Shown here in pieces: positions 1 through 13,890 of a stretch of DNA of 64,000 nt. This stretch comes from Camelus dromedarius (Eukaryota). Location: positions 35,154,001 through 35,218,000 of the forward strand of contig NC_087449.1 of NCBI RefSeq assembly GCF_036321535.1, written 5' to 3'. The position numbers and the translations under genes were made by a program. The notes under the pieces are model-generated. The model had not been told where the DNA came from. It saw nothing but the letters and a program-made list of their open reading frames with translations, and searched no databases. Position 1 is the first letter of the stretch. Every line of letters starts with the position of its first letter.

Positions 1-419
1 GAAAACTTATTTGTAGACCTCCATCTAACTCATAGCTATCTCAACTGAATACCTGCAGAAGGAACTATGGATTTCACACAACTACATGTGTGATATTCAG
101 AAATGCAATTAAAAAATCAACTGTCCATCACCTACTATGTGTCAGACACTGAGACAGACCAATAGGGTATAGAGACGAAAAAGACACCATCCCTGCACCC
201 CTACAGAGTTCACAGGCAGTTAACCATGCTGTTCTAACAGTGCCAAAATCCCTTCGACCCTCTACTATTAGACACCATAGACTGTAACCCAGGAAACCTC
301 CAGCCAATTAATTAGTCCCAGGCTGGTCCTGCCTACTCCCACTTGAGAGTCCTTCAAAATAGTAGAAGCTGGAGGTCCACCAACTCTACTGAACCCTATT
401 ACTCCATCTCACCCACCCC

Positions 420-780
420 TAAACCAGTCCAACTGGACTGCTCTTCTCCAAACACATTTCGTATTCTCCCATGCCTAGTCATGGCTAGTCTTTTACTTTA
501 GGAAGATCTTCATTTCCCTACCTCCATCTCTACATATTCCTGACCATCTACCTAAAGCAACATCCTCAGGTCTCTGCTCTTTCATCTACTTTATTTTCCT
601 CAAACTCTTTAATGATGATCTGAAACTGTATTATTTTATTTAATAGCTTATTAGCTTATTATTTATATGAACTGCTGGAATGTAAGCTGTGACCCCAGCA
701 CCTACTGTGATATCCAGCACCTACCACAGTGCCTGGATACAGCAGGTACTCATTCAATTTTCTCAAAATAAATAAATGAC
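420..780 (+). mobile_element. L2 LINE 3' fragment
   Basis: Decayed L2 3' end pattern (ctggaatgtaagct...cagtgcctggatacagcaggtactc...aataaataaatga); bounds approximate. Confidence 0.6.
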
Positions 781-1057
781 AGAACATGTAAACTCCATAT
801 CTTTGTACCTTTTTGATGATATCTGTCCCTTTTGATATGGTAATATTTATATGCTTACTTATATGCATGAATATGTCTCCTACACGGTAGGAAACTCCTT
901 GAGGATCCAAGTCTGTTTAACCTTTGTATCCTCCAATACCCAAGGTTGAGGTTTCCTTGGTTAGTGCCTGTTGAATGAATAAATGATGTGGTCCCTTGGT
1001 TCAGACTTATTTAATAAGTAAGTAATATGATCCCTTCCTCTTCAGGCATCATTAAAA

Positions 1058-1242
1058 TTTTTTTTGAAGTACTGTTGATTTACAACGTTACGTTAGTTTC
1101 TGTTGTACAACACAGTGACTCAGATACACACACACACACACACACACTCACACACACATTCCTTTTCATATTCTTTTTCATTTTAGGCTATTACAAGGTA
1201 TTGAATATAGTTCCCTGTGTTACACAGTAGGACCTTATTGTT
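1058..1242 (-). mobile_element. 5'-truncated L1 3' end (artiodactyl type) with internal (CA)n
   Basis: ttttttgaagtactgttgatttacaacgttacgttagtttctgttgtacaac...gaatatagttccctgtg is the reverse complement of an L1 3'UTR; degenerate flanking repeat ttcaggcatcattaa / ttcaggcttcttaa. Confidence 0.8.
1126..1158. repeat. (CA)n microsatellite
   Basis: Direct reading: acacacacac... run with one interruption. Confidence 0.95.
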
Positions 1243-1500
1243 TCTTTCAGGCTTCTTAATCTTGACTTTATCAAAACTCTACCTCAGTTCTCAGAAAAAT
1301 GAACATATTTGGTTGGTGGCATGGAAAAAGTAAAGGGTTTTTTAAACTACAATTTTGCTGCTTCTTTTTAAGAACTAATCACTTGACCAAGGTTAAAGGT
1401 TATTTCCCCCCATCCATCAAACCCTTGCTTGGTAGGGTTTCTGCAAACACCTGTCAATTTCTTGGAAATAAAAAGTGAATAAAACCTTATAAAAAATGTA

Positions 1501-1680
1501 NNNNNNNNNNNNNNNNNNNNNNNNNNNNNNNNNNNNNNNNNNNNNNNNNNNNNNNNNNNNNNNNNNNNNNNNNNNNNNNNNNNNNNNNNNNNNNNNNNNN
1601 NNNNNNNNNNNNNNNNNNNNNNNNNNNNNNNNNNNNNNNNNNNNNNNNNNNNNNNNNNNNNNNNNNNNNNNNNNNNNNNN
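1501..1680. other. N run (180 nt; gap or mask)
   Basis: Direct reading. Confidence 1.
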
Positions 1681-2439
1681 TATATTTAGTAGCACCACTA
1701 AAAGCCTAAATAAAAACTGAAATTTCCTAAACTCCTTGACTACCCAATCTATACCCAGGACTCTAATTACCAATCCAAGATTAAGGCCAAATAGGAAATA
1801 TCTTTATCCAGAGGGTATTTTTCTAAGAACGTTAATTACAGTAAGCCATTTGCAGTGTCTCTAAAACTTTAAAGAGTTAAAGCTCATACACAAAGGTCAT
1901 AGAAGGGCCAAACAATTACTACCTGTATTTTGTATTTTCATAGCATTTTTACTCTGGGAACTATCAGCCTAATTATATTTTAAAATGATAACACATCTGG
2001 TTACACATCTGGACATGCTGAGTTTAAGGTGGTCGGTCATGTGACAACTATGAAGTGTCGGCTAACAAGCAATTAGACATAGAAAAACAAAGCTTTGGAA
2101 GGTTTAGGCTTGAGTATCAATGTCCCTGCATAAAGACGGAACATGAAAGCATGAAAGTAAACAAAATGACCCTTGAAAGGTCAGGAGAGCAGTGAGCTGA
2201 GGAGGTAGGTAACCTTACTGTCTAAATGCAAGCAATCAATGTGTGTTTGAAGGTTAAGAAAAAGGTTTCAATAGAAGTATGTGCCTAAGATAGTATCTAG
2301 CATCTAGTAAACGCTTAAAAACACTTATCTCATAGTCTCACTGTAACACTCAGGGGTTATAGGCAAAAGGTCTTTGTAATCTGTAAACCATGGTACAAAT
2401 ATTTGTTTCTGTCATTTCTAGAAGGAATGTTAAGGGTGG

Positions 2440-3070
2440 TATTGGCAGAGCAACTGCAAAACTGGTCATAATCTTCACCCCTCCTTGTAGCCATGCCCTT
2501 TACAACATGACTCTGCAGATCTTCCCAGCAAGAGATGTAATATATTTCTCGGTGCCTGTATCTGGGCTGGCCCTGTGATTTGCTCTGGCCAACAGGATGC
2601 AGTAGAATTCTTGCTGTGTCAGTTCTTGCTTACTTTCACTCTCTTGTGGAATCCTGCCCAGCTGTCAGGTGAACAAGCCCCAATTGTCCTGCCAGATGAA
2701 GAAAGATCACATAGAAAACAGCCCAGTGAGCCCAGTCAAGGCTGTCCTAGAATATCCTATAATGGGCCAACCCTACACATGTGAAAGAACCCAGGCAAGA
2801 TCAGCAGAGCTGCCTTAGAGCTGACTGAAAATACATAAATGAGCCCAAATAAGATCAAAAGAACAGCCCAGTTGACTTGTATACTCATGAGCAATAATTA
2901 ACACACACTGTTTTAAACCACTGAGTTTTTAAACCCCTTGACGGAAGCACTGGGTATTGAACCTGGGACCCTGTGCATGCCAAGCACGTGTTCTACCGCT
3001 GAACTATACCCCTCACCCAAACCACTGCATTTTAGAGTGGTTAGTTACAAGGCAATAGGTGACTGATACA
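2440..3070 (+). mobile_element. MaLR solo LTR (MLT1F/G/H-like), interrupted by a SINE
   Basis: MLT1 motifs tctgggctggccctgtgatttgctctggccaacaggatg and 3' end ttttaaaccactga...tggttagttacaaggcaataggtgactgataca; near-TSD ggtgg/ggtag. Confidence 0.7.
2932..3018 (-). mobile_element. Camelid tRNA-derived SINE (vic-1 type), short form
   Basis: Minus strand ggggtatagttcagcggtagaacacgtgcttggcatgcacagggtcccaggttcaatacccagtgcttcc has A and B boxes; flanked by aaaccactg direct repeats (2915-2923, 3019-3027). Confidence 0.85.
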
Positions 3071-3079
3071 GGTAGCAAT

Positions 3080-3305
3080 AAATAAACCAGCCCATCAGGA
3101 GCCTTACTATGTGCTTGGCTAATAAGCACTTTACAGGGGCTGTTTCATTTTCTTCTCACAATAACTTTATGTAGTAAATATTATTATCCTCATTTTACAG
3201 ATTATAAAATTGAGCACAGACTTTAAGTTCACTTGCCCAGTGTTGCACAGCTAGCAAACAATAGGGCCAAAATAAATCTGGCAGTCCAGCTTCAGAGCAC
3301 CACTT
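3080..3305 (-). mobile_element. MIR SINE
   Basis: MIR core attattatcctcattttacagattataaaattgagcacaga...acttgcccagtgttgcacagctagc. Confidence 0.75.
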
Positions 3306-6300
3306 CATCCAAGAAAGAGGCTCTTTTTCTTAATCCAACAAACAAGGAACTTCTTCCAGTCTTCTCTAGAATAAATAATCTTTCCTAACCTTTCCCTGCA
3401 CTTCTGATTGTTCGAACTCAAAGGTCCGTTTCTATGAAAAATAACAATAACAATGACTTCATTTGTTGATACGTTAACTCATTTGACCCTTATAACCTGT
3501 AATGTTTGTGTCATCATCTTTGTTTTATAGAGGAGAGGAAAAAAGGTGGAGAGGGAGGCTCAGAGAGACTAACCGACCCTCCTAAGTCACACAGCCTGTG
3601 AGCAGCCTAGCGGGGCTGGAACTGCAGATCTGGTAACTTCAGAGCCCACACGCTTGCTGCCTGGCAGTTCTTCCGAACCACCTTCACGTTCTCCATATTT
3701 TCTTGCAGCTCAAACACCAATCACTTGTTTCACTTAGCAAACATACACCAAATATATCCTACCCTAACCAATATATCTCCAGCTCTTGAGGAGGCTTCAA
3801 AGCAGTTAAATCCACATTCTTTGCCCTCAAAGAACTCGTGGTTAGTTGAGAATGCCAGACTGAAATACACAAAAAGCTAAATGATAAACTAAGAGATGAA
3901 ATGTAAGAGGGTATTACTGTCAAATGAATGGAATAACAAAACAGATTTCAGAGTTCAAAGGAGAATGAGAGAAATGTGGGCTTGATCTGTCTGGCAAGGA
4001 TTCACATGGGAGAGACCATGAAGGACACCCAGGATGGGAGATTTCCTGTGGGAGCACAGTCTTCTGTTGCTGTAGGTGTGTGATTCTCCTAGGGTCGTCA
4101 TGGTGACTGTAGCTTCAAGATACCCATGTGTGACTATTCAAATCTGGTGGGTTTGGACAAGGCCAAATGTGTGTGGGGGAAAAGGATTTATCTGAGAGTC
4201 CAAACATATCCAAAACTTGGAAGACTTAATAACTGGTTCCCGCTAGCTTGAAGCAATCACCATGTCATGACAATCAACAGACTCAAAAAATGGACAATAA
4301 ATCTAGATTTATCATCTATATCAGTCCTGTGGGATAGGTAGGATGCAGAGAAGGACCAAGAAGAAATGCAAGTCGTGCATAATGAACACAAAATGTCAGC
4401 CGTTCATGTTCCAGCCCTTGGGGGACAAGGGGAAAAATCAGCTAAGAATAATACACCTGCACTTGGGAAAACTCAATCGCTTCCATTTCCAGACTATTTT
4501 CTTTCTGTTCTCAATATCCAGGAAAGATCCTCCTTGATCTGACACAATCTAACTTTCCAGAAGTACCTCTTGCCATCTAAGCCCATGCACTCTACCATGA
4601 ACCAGCCACACTGCGATGCTTGCATTTTCTCAGCACACCTTGCTCTATCATACACCCATGCTGCTCCTGGCATCTGGGGCTTTGCAAAGGCTATTCTTTC
4701 TACTGGATCTCTCATTTCTATGCACCCTACCTAATCCTGCCTCCCTTCTTCCACTAGCTAATTCCTATTTTTCTTCTTCCTTAGTTTAAATGTCACTTCC
4801 AGGTTGAACAGAAGGAAAACAGGAAGCCCAGTGGGAATAAAAACACCATAAATGAGAAAAGAGGCTGGGACAGTGGGCCTAAAGTCTGGATGGGACCAGG
4901 GGTTACATCAGGGAGGTTCTACCTGAAAGCTACATTTAGCAGTTTGAGAAAAGGAAGGATATGTGATAAAGGATGAAACGACTCTTGTCACTGGGAGCCC
5001 AAGCCCCAGTGCTATGGGAGCCTCAAAAAAACAGGCTGTCATGAGAAGAGGAAAATGTTTCACTTCTGACTGGAGAGAAAGAAGCATCTGAGATCTGGAG
5101 GTAAGAAAAATGGCAGTAAACTCCAAATGGTAGGAGAAAGATGCTACAAGAGACCTTGGGGAGACAGGAGTGGTTAGCTGAGATGCACGTAGCAAAGTCT
5201 TAGTAATAGATCAGTGGCGATGCCGATAAAGGAACAGAAATCTAGAGACTGGTTGCAGAGGAAGCTGATGAATCACAGAGGTGTTTCCAACAGTGGTGGT
5301 GGTATAGTGGAAAGATGCAAGCAGCTTTAAAGCAACAAGCAGAACAGTAAATAATGGCCAGGATATATGGTGAGAGGAAGCAACAGAGGAGAAGAAAGGA
5401 AGAAGTGTGAGTAGCAGAATATATTATATGATTATATTAATAATAATGGTAATAATATTCAATTTATGAAGGTTTTACTCAACTATCAAGCATATACCAA
5501 CAATATGCATTATATCATTTTTAAGGGGAAAAAATGACCTTTGAGGCTGGCCAGAGAGACGTAAGAAAAGGGCAGAACTGACAGCATGTCATTTGCTACA
5601 TGGGAGAATATAGATACACTGAACTTAGTGACAAAACTTTAAAGTGATCTTACCTAAGATCCATGAACTGGAGGGGCTAGGAGACACTCACCCTGCCAGA
5701 CAGAATGAAAGCTCCTTGTTGTCAGAGACTGTGCTTCATGTATGTGCAGCACTGTATGAACAGTACCAGCGCCGTGCCTGACACAGAGGGCATTCCATAG
5801 ATATGTGTTGGTAGACTTAATACACAAAGGGATGGATGGATAAAAATATCAGTGTTACATATCTGTATCATAAACAAGATAAAAAGCATTTGTCTGTGTT
5901 TGAACTCAAATTTTAAAAGGGCTGAAAAACATCCTGAATCCAGGCTTGCTGATGACAGTGGAAAATAAAGTGAGATACTATTAAGAGAAAGATAAAATTC
6001 ATCTGCCCCCCCGGCCCCGCCACATTCCCCTCCTGTGCATTCTTTTCCAAATCTCTTTCTACTCATACTTTGCAAGGTTCTAGGTTTGGGAGTAAACAGG
6101 CCAGGCAAAGAAATGATTCACCAAACATTTTTGTAGCTGGGCATGCCACTAGGCACTGGGCACTCAGACAAGCAGGAGAGAGGCCAGCAAACATCAACTC
6201 AGGTGGTATGGTAAGACAGGGTGTGGTACGGTAAGGCAGAGGGTTCCCATGAAGATACAGAGCAATCATGCCCAGCTTAGTTTTGGGAGGTCAGAGGACA

Positions 6301-8439
6301 TGACAGGCAACCCAGATGAGTATGATGGCATGGGTCAGGGGGATAAGAAGAGGCAGGGGATGTTTCCAGCCAGAGGTAGAGCAAGTGAGGAGTAACACAA
6401 ATTAGGTTTCTCTCTTCTAGACTCTCAGGGAATCCCACACTGCCATTTTCCTTGTTTTCTCTATGACTATGAGCCTCCTGAGATGAAGCTACATTATTCA
6501 TCTCTGTGTTCCTAGAACCCAGCACTTTCTGGGATACAAAGGATACTTAATTGAATGAACAAGAACTTTAGAATGGGGAGTAACATACCATAATAGGACA
6601 TGAGTAAGAGCACTGAAAATCATTTGGGTGTGAGAGTTTGAGCCACTTCCCTGTGCCTCAGTTTCCTCATCTGTAAAATGAGGATAATAACATGTATCAA
6701 TTGTGTCCTCCACTGAGACAGCACAAGAGATTTACCAGTTTATAGTGAAAATACAATGGGGAGGAAGTAGAACTGGAAAGAGAGAGCCTCAGACCACGAT
6801 GCAAATCAGACAAAGACTTGGCCAACCAAAGGGAAGCCCTGGAGCAAAGATTTTGCAATAAGAAGTCTGCCCACATTGGGCAGAAATGGTCAGGCCCTAG
6901 CATCCCCCCTGGGCTCAGTCACTGGCTCTCCAGGCAGAGCACGGCCTGAAGGACCTGCAACTCAAGGCTGTCATCTAGCTCATCCTTGCAGATAAAGTGA
7001 GTTATCTCTTGAAGGGAGATCTGAATGGCAAACCTCCATGGTGGCCACACTACCTAATGGGGTTGTGAGGCTTCCATTAATTAATGCAGATAAAATACTT
7101 AAAACAGTGCCCAGAACTCAGTATGTACTATTAAGTACTTGGTATCACTGTAAATTATCTGTACAATTACATATAACTGCAAAACTTGGGTCTACAGGGG
7201 CTAGGCTGGAAACATACATGTGTTAACTGACCTGAGTAAGATAAAAAGGTGTAAGGGGGCCCATGGTCTCTGTATTCTAGCTGCAGAGTACACATTCAGA
7301 TTTAAAACAATACCAAAGAAAATAGCCACTATTAAAGCCTATATAAGAGTCAAACTTTGAAAGGTAAATTTCTACATAATTTTATGAATAAACATAAGCT
7401 ATTATGTAAAGATCTTTTCCATTACTTTTGGTCACTGACAGTTAAGCACAGCATCCCAGGGACCCTGCTTTTCATAATCCATGCCTCTTTGATACTTGGA
7501 ATTGATATTACAATCTCAAAAGGTACCAAGGAATATTGGGGTTTCTTTTGAACTTAGTTATTCAAAGTTTTGATTTTTTTAATGTATGGAGATGCTCTGC
7601 TGGACACTAAATATGTGTTTTGTTTATTTTTCTCTCCAACAAGAGAAAAAGAAGAAAAATTACCCTGGGTGAACAGTGTAAATCATGCTTGAGTGCTACA
7701 ACCTGAGCAAGTCACTCAGTGTATCTGCCCATAGGAAGTAAGAAGAGAGCTTTGTCCAGCCAGACTGTAAGAGATGGAGTGGGATGGTCAGGATTTTGGG
7801 TCTGTAAAGGTATAGAAATATGAGCTCACAGTGCCACTGAGTTCTGAGACCTGTTTGAGACTTGGCAGATGACAATAGGAGAGCCCTGCTGCAAATGGGA
7901 TCATGCTGTCAGCAGTGCAGCAGTTAGAAGAGGACTCAGCCTCGCATATGCTCAGCTACAGCCTGCCCAGTTCCTCCTCCACATGGTAATGAGAGAAGAC
8001 TGCTTCAGAAAGTCTTTAAGTCACTGCTCTGGATCTTGGTCCTGGATCCACCTGTCCCAGTCAAGATGCAGCTCTGCCACCTGTGCTCACTCCATGACTT
8101 AGCTGCAAAGGGAAACACCAGTCATGATTCCTGAGTGGGGCATAGTGTTAGAGTCTGAGCTGCTGAGGGGAAAAAAGAACATAGATACTCCCATTATATT
8201 TGATTATATATCATGAAAAGTCATACAGCATCTACTGAAGTTGAGCTTTTGACATGTAGATGTCAGATGCCTATATGACAGCCCTTGATGACCCATGAAA
8301 AGGTCAAACCAATCTCTCTGAACTGTGAAATTCTAGGTAGGATCCATATAAAAAGATTGACAATTTATTATGTTTTTAATTGTGCTAAACAATATGTAAC
8401 AGGGCACACAAAAACTTTATTTCAATTTTGCATCACAGT

Positions 8440-9249
8440 ATATTTGTTAATTTATNNNNNNNNNNNNNNNNNNNNNNNNNNNNNNNNNNNNNNNNNNNNN
8501 NNNNNNNNNNNNNNNNNNNNNNNNNNNNNNNNNNNNNNNNNNNNNNNNNNNNNNNNNNNNNNNNNNNNNNNNNNNNNNNNNNNNNNNNNNNNNNNNNNNN
8601 NNNNNNNNNNNNNNNNCACAACTCCCTAGCCCCTAATAATCACCAATCTTCTGACTCTATGGATTTATCAATTCTGGACATTTCATATAAATGAAATCGT
8701 ATAATTCATCATATTTTGTGTCCGACTTCTTTCACTTAGTATGTTTTGGATGTTGTTGTAGCCTATATCAGAACTTCATTCCTTTTCATAGCTGAATAAT
8801 ATTCTATTATGTGTATATACACAATTTGTTTATACATTTACCCATCAATGGACATCTGGCCTGTTTCCACTTTTTGGCTACTGTGAATAGTGTTGCTATA
8901 AACATGTGTGTAACTGCACTTGAATACCTGTCTTTAATTATTTTGGGAATACACCTAGGAGTGGAATTGTGGAAATCACATAGTAATTCTATACTTTAAG
9001 TTTTTGAGGANNNNNNNNNNNNNNNNNNNNNNNNNNNNNNNNNNNNNNNNNNNNNNNNNNNNNNNNNNNNNNNNNNNNNNNNNNNNNNNNNNNNNNNNNN
9101 NNNNNNNNNNNNNNNNNNNNNNNNNNNNNNNNNNNNNNNNNNNNNNNNNNNNNNNNNNNNNNNNNNNNNNNNNNNNNNNNNNNNNNNNNNNNNNNNNNNN
9201 NNNNNNNNNNNNNNNNNNNNNNNNNNNNNNNNNNNNNNNNNNNNNNNNN
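8440..9249 (-). mobile_element. L1MA/L1MB-type 3' region (contains N runs 8456-8616 and 9011-9249)
   Basis: Classic reverse L1 3' text: tctatggatttatcaattctggacatttcatataaatgaaatc...cacctaggagtggaattgtggaaatcacatagtaattctat. Confidence 0.85.
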
Positions 9250-10447
9250 TAAATGACAACCAGGGATATGGGATACAAATTTAAGTTAAAATTCAACCAT
9301 GTATGGGGCTTCCAAATACAAATAACTCAAATGTGGTCACAGCTGAACAGATCCTTGCTATGATCTTCACTAAGTTCACTCTTGCACAAGCAATGATGAC
9401 CACATCACAATTCATTGAATTCTAATTTAGCATTTTTTTCAAACATGGATCGTAAGAACAGGTTTCCATTTTAGAAATCCCATCTTCTAATCAAAGAAAT
9501 ATGACAAATAACGATGTTTAAGAAAATGTAAGCTCCACAAGGGTAGCAATTTTTGTCTCTATCATTCTCCATGTCTGAACAAGGTATATACTAGGCACTC
9601 AACAAATACTGGCTAACTAAAGAAATGAGATTGGACTACCCGGACCCAGAGACTTGTAAGTGAATGTAGATGATAAGGTAGAGAGGTGGATCTAGGCTAA
9701 TTCCTCAAGAGTCTTCTGCCTAGGTCCAGTGGGAAAACAATGGCACCATTAATCAGGATAATAAATACAGGAACAAGAACACTTGTGATAAAGGAACTAT
9801 CTCAGAATTCTTACCATTAAATTCAGAGCTCCATTTTTGTTCCTCAATTTTCATGTTCCTTTTATACCACCCTTTCTGTGCGGATAAATGTAAGAGAAAA
9901 GTGAAGGAGCATTCTACAAACACAAGGTAATAATGCTGCTACTCACTAACATTTCCTACCTTAATTTTTCTGTGGTTTGGTTTTTCTTCCTATGTCTTAT
10001 CCTGTCCTCATCCCTGCTGAGTGTTGCTCCATCCCATATATGTCCAATTTTCCATAGTTAGTATGACAGTCTTTACAGTACTCCTCATTCCAATTTGGTT
10101 TGGCAAATTTATTAAGTCTCTTCTCTGATTTACAAATTAGAGGATACCTCCCACTGAACAGAACTTATCTAGAAAAGTCGATCATGGTCCACTGTGACTC
10201 CATGTGACACCATTTTGTAACTAGAGGATAGACCACTACATTTTAGTTTACGCTGATCACTTCCCCTTTGGAAACTATGTGCCTTCCATTCAAAAATCAG
10301 AAAAAATAATTCAAGCTTACTTTAATTTGGTAAAAATGTTTTGGTACCACTTGTCTTTTGAAATTATTTTATTATAAGAATATTCTAACCTTGTATAATT
10401 CATACCCCAAAAGAACAGACCATACCCTCAAAGGGAAGAGAAATCAA

Positions 10448-10603
10448 GGGGAGGGTATAGTTCTGTGGTAGAGCGCAGTGCTTAGCGTGCACAAAGCCCT
10501 GGGCTCAATCCCAGGTACCTCCATTCTAAAAAAATAGAATAAATAAACCTAATTACTTCCTCCCCCAAAACAAAAACAAAACAAAAATAGTTTTTTAAAA
10601 AAA
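10448..10603 (+). mobile_element. Camelid tRNA-derived SINE (vic-1 type), full length
   Basis: ggggagggtatagttctgtggtagagcgcagtgcttagcgtgcacaaagccctgggctcaatcccaggtacctcc plus A-rich tail; exact TSD ggaagagaaatc at 10434-10445 and 10604-10615. Confidence 0.92.
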
Positions 10604-12342
10604 GGAAGAGAAATCCTATTTCAACACACAATAAGACTGTCCCCTGTCCCACGTACATTAAGGTTTCTTGAGTTCTGTCCTTCTGCCATTTGTCTCCAAA
10701 CAACATAGTAGTTTGACCTCAAATTACAGTATAGTGTTACAGTTAGTATCATTTTCCCCTCAACAAGTGATAGTCTGAGTGGACAGGGAGAATTTGTAGT
10801 ACAAAACTCTCAGCTGTAATACAAACTCAGGATCTGACTTGAATTATTACAATCATGCACCAGGCACTTTCAGGAACACTAGTTCCAATGACCTGAGTAA
10901 GATCCTCAGAACTGCTGCTTCCAAGATTACCCTTTGTTCAGAAACTCATGCTGTAAGAACTAAAAGACCTTTAATATCAGAAATTTAGGGAAAAGATGGC
11001 CAACCAATCCTCAGGGGGAAGAAAGGAAAATCTTTTCTATAATAGTAGCAGAGCAAACTAACACAGGTCAACCACAGGCATCCATCCGTATATTGGATGA
11101 GAGACCAAAGCTGTACAGAGTCCTACTCAGGCTTCTAGCAGCAAAAACAGGACTCCATGGCATGGACTTCATATTTAGGAATTCTCCAGTTGATGACAAC
11201 TCAGAATTTTTGCTTTTTATTTTTTCTTTTCTCCCATCCTCATTCCATCTTTCTCACATTTTAATTCAAATCAGTAAAAACAATGTCAAACTTTTCTTGT
11301 AAAGGTTTTGGTTGATGGAGTCTTACATAGAGTCATTTGTTCAATAAACACCTGTTGATCGTCCACTAAGTGGAGAGCCCTAGACCAGGCCCCAGGACTC
11401 AGGAGATACAGTGATGAGTAAGACACAGTTTCTGTCCTCAAGGAGCTGGGCTTCTTTCCTCAAGTCTGGAAGCTCTGTCTGTAGGGTCCAAAAAGTTTCA
11501 TATGATGTATTCCTATAGAACTCTAATGCGTAAATGGTTCTCTTGACAGACAATGGGGCCGGGGACAAGAATGGTGATACTGCAGGCAGAGAAACAGCAA
11601 GTGCAAACAGGCAAAAGCAAATGTGAAGCACGTTTGGTCAACTGCAAATAATTTACTACTTGGAGCAAATGCAGGATTTAAATGGGAGAAAATGGAGGGC
11701 CATAAGTTTAGATATAAGGTAAGGATAGATGGGGAATGACAAGCCAATAAGCTTAGGCTTCATCTTGCGGATAGTGGGGGGCAGGGAAATGACAAGGTCA
11801 CATTTACATTTTAGAGATAATGGTGTTGACCAGTTGGAGGGGAAGAAGCTATAAAATGGGGTTAAGAGTAAAGGGGATTTTATGGTAGACCAGTAAAGAC
11901 ATGAAAACAGGATATCACAGATTACTATTTACACTGTCCCTATTTTTAATCACCATGAATAACCAAAAGCAAATATCTGAATGCTTCCTGATTTTGTTTC
12001 CATGTGTCTCTTATGAAGACATATTTAGGTTTTTTGTTTGTTTTGTTTTGGCAGGAAGGGGCATAGTATTCCTTTTTAAAGAGCCCTACTCTTTACAAAA
12101 GCCTTTCCATGTTTAAGGACATACCAATAAATAATATCCCATACAATACACTTTTAACTAGACACCAAAGTAAAAAAGTCTTCAAAAGTATCCACCAGTT
12201 GGGATATATTCTTTTGTGGTATATTCAAAATTGATTATGCCTCTGAGTCATAAAACCAGGATTCAATTCCCTACTCTGTCATTTACCAGATTTCTATCAT
12301 TGGGCAGGTAGCCCAACTTGTCTAAGTTGTCACCTTTAAAGC

Positions 12343-12775
12343 TGTGTCTCAGTCAGAGTCTGAGTCAGGAAACAGAAGGCACACTCAAAGAGTAAAAGTG
12401 AGCAAGGTTTAATGAAGGAAATACATACATCAAGGGATGATGACGCATCCTGGGGCTGCAACAGTGGAGACATTACTACCTCTGAGAGAAAGACAGAACT
12501 GTAGCTGTAGGATGGACAGGGGCTGTGACCTCCACACAGCCACTGCTAACCAGCAGCCCAGCAGAGAGAGGGCTGGGGAAATAAACACCTAAAACTCTTT
12601 CTGCCTTCATATAGCCTGCCAGTGCCTTCCCTGGCCAAATCCTTCTAGAAGTAAGAAGGCAAGGAAGCTCACTGATGTAGTCTATGAAGGTCAGCCTTCA
12701 AGGCCATAGAAAGGACGGGGAAAAGGGTAGAGAATAGATGTAGAGGGCAAATGGAAGATAACTCAGTTCAAAATG
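12343..12775 (-). mobile_element. MaLR LTR (MLT1K/L-like)
   Basis: Begins tgtgtctcagtcagagtctgagtcaggaaacagaaggcacact...tttaatgaagg, resembling the reverse complement of an old MLT1 3' end. Confidence 0.5.
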
Positions 12776-13429
12776 TAATAATGGCTGTCTACTTCTCACG
12801 AAGATTTCCTGAGGGTCAAATGAGATAACACATATAAAAAGAATTTGCAAACTGTAAACAAAACATGCAAATAGACTAATTATGAGATCCATTCTATAAG
12901 AATTAAACAAGAAAGAACACTGCCAATCTATGGTATGGGTCTCCCGAGGTTGACAGATCTCAAACTATCAAATCAAGAGTAGCCCGATGACACTGGAATT
13001 TTTTCTCTCTGGGTAAAAGTTCAAATCCCGAAGACAAAAAAATATAAAAATGAAAAGGAATTGTTCAGTACCAAATGGTTAAGGCTAAGTGAAAGAATTA
13101 ATTCCCTAGTGAGGTCAGTGTAGCAGTGGTCAGACAGAACTCAGACACTTACACACCAGCATCTTCACGTCATTTTCCTGCCCTTCCCCTTTCCCAACTC
13201 TAGGTCTACCTTTTGCCATCAACAGAATTAACAACAATTTATTTTGTTTTCTACTGTGGTTCAGGACCAGTTCTTATAAGCACCAATTCATTTGCCAAAA
13301 AAACACTGAACGAACACCTGCAGAATACCTACAATGTGCTTAGTATATAAGCTAAGCATCTATCTACTCATCAGTGGATGATGAACCATGACAAAACTTA
13401 TTCAGCTTATGAGCCTTATAATCCAACTT

Positions 13430-13890
13430 GTAATCTTTTTCCTTCTTGTTCACTCCTTTTTATCCATACGGACTTCCTTGCAGTTCCTTGAATCCCTCTA
13501 GATAACAGTCCTGCTTATGGCCTTTCCTCCAGCTATTCCCTCTGCTTTTCTCCCAGATAGCCACACAGTTAACTTCTTCACCTCTATCAAGTTTGTTCAA
13601 ATGTCACCTTCTCAACGAGCCCTACTCTATTCAAGACTGCAATCCCCGCTCAAGCTCGTGATCCCCTTTATCCTACTCCACTTATTCCCCTAGAGCATTT
13701 ATAGCCTTCTAACATGCATATAATGTGCATGTTTATTATGGTTACATTTAATTTCTATCTCCCCTTGCACTCCTACTAACAGGGATATTTGAGTTTTGTT
13801 CACTGATGTATCCAAGCACCTACAGCAGGGCATGGCCCATACTGGACACTCAACAAATACTTACTGAATTAATTAATCAGTCAATCAATC
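13430..13890 (+). mobile_element. L2a LINE 3' fragment
   Basis: aatgtcaccttctcaacgagccct...gttcactgatgtatccaagcacctacagcagggcatggccc...caacaaatacttactgaattaatt. Confidence 0.75.

Noticed and set aside
10448-10525. tRNA-Ala-like sequences here and at 2932-3018 and 54850-54922
   Set aside because: They have degenerate stems, A-rich SINE tails and/or TSDs, so they are tRNA-derived SINEs, not tRNA genes.
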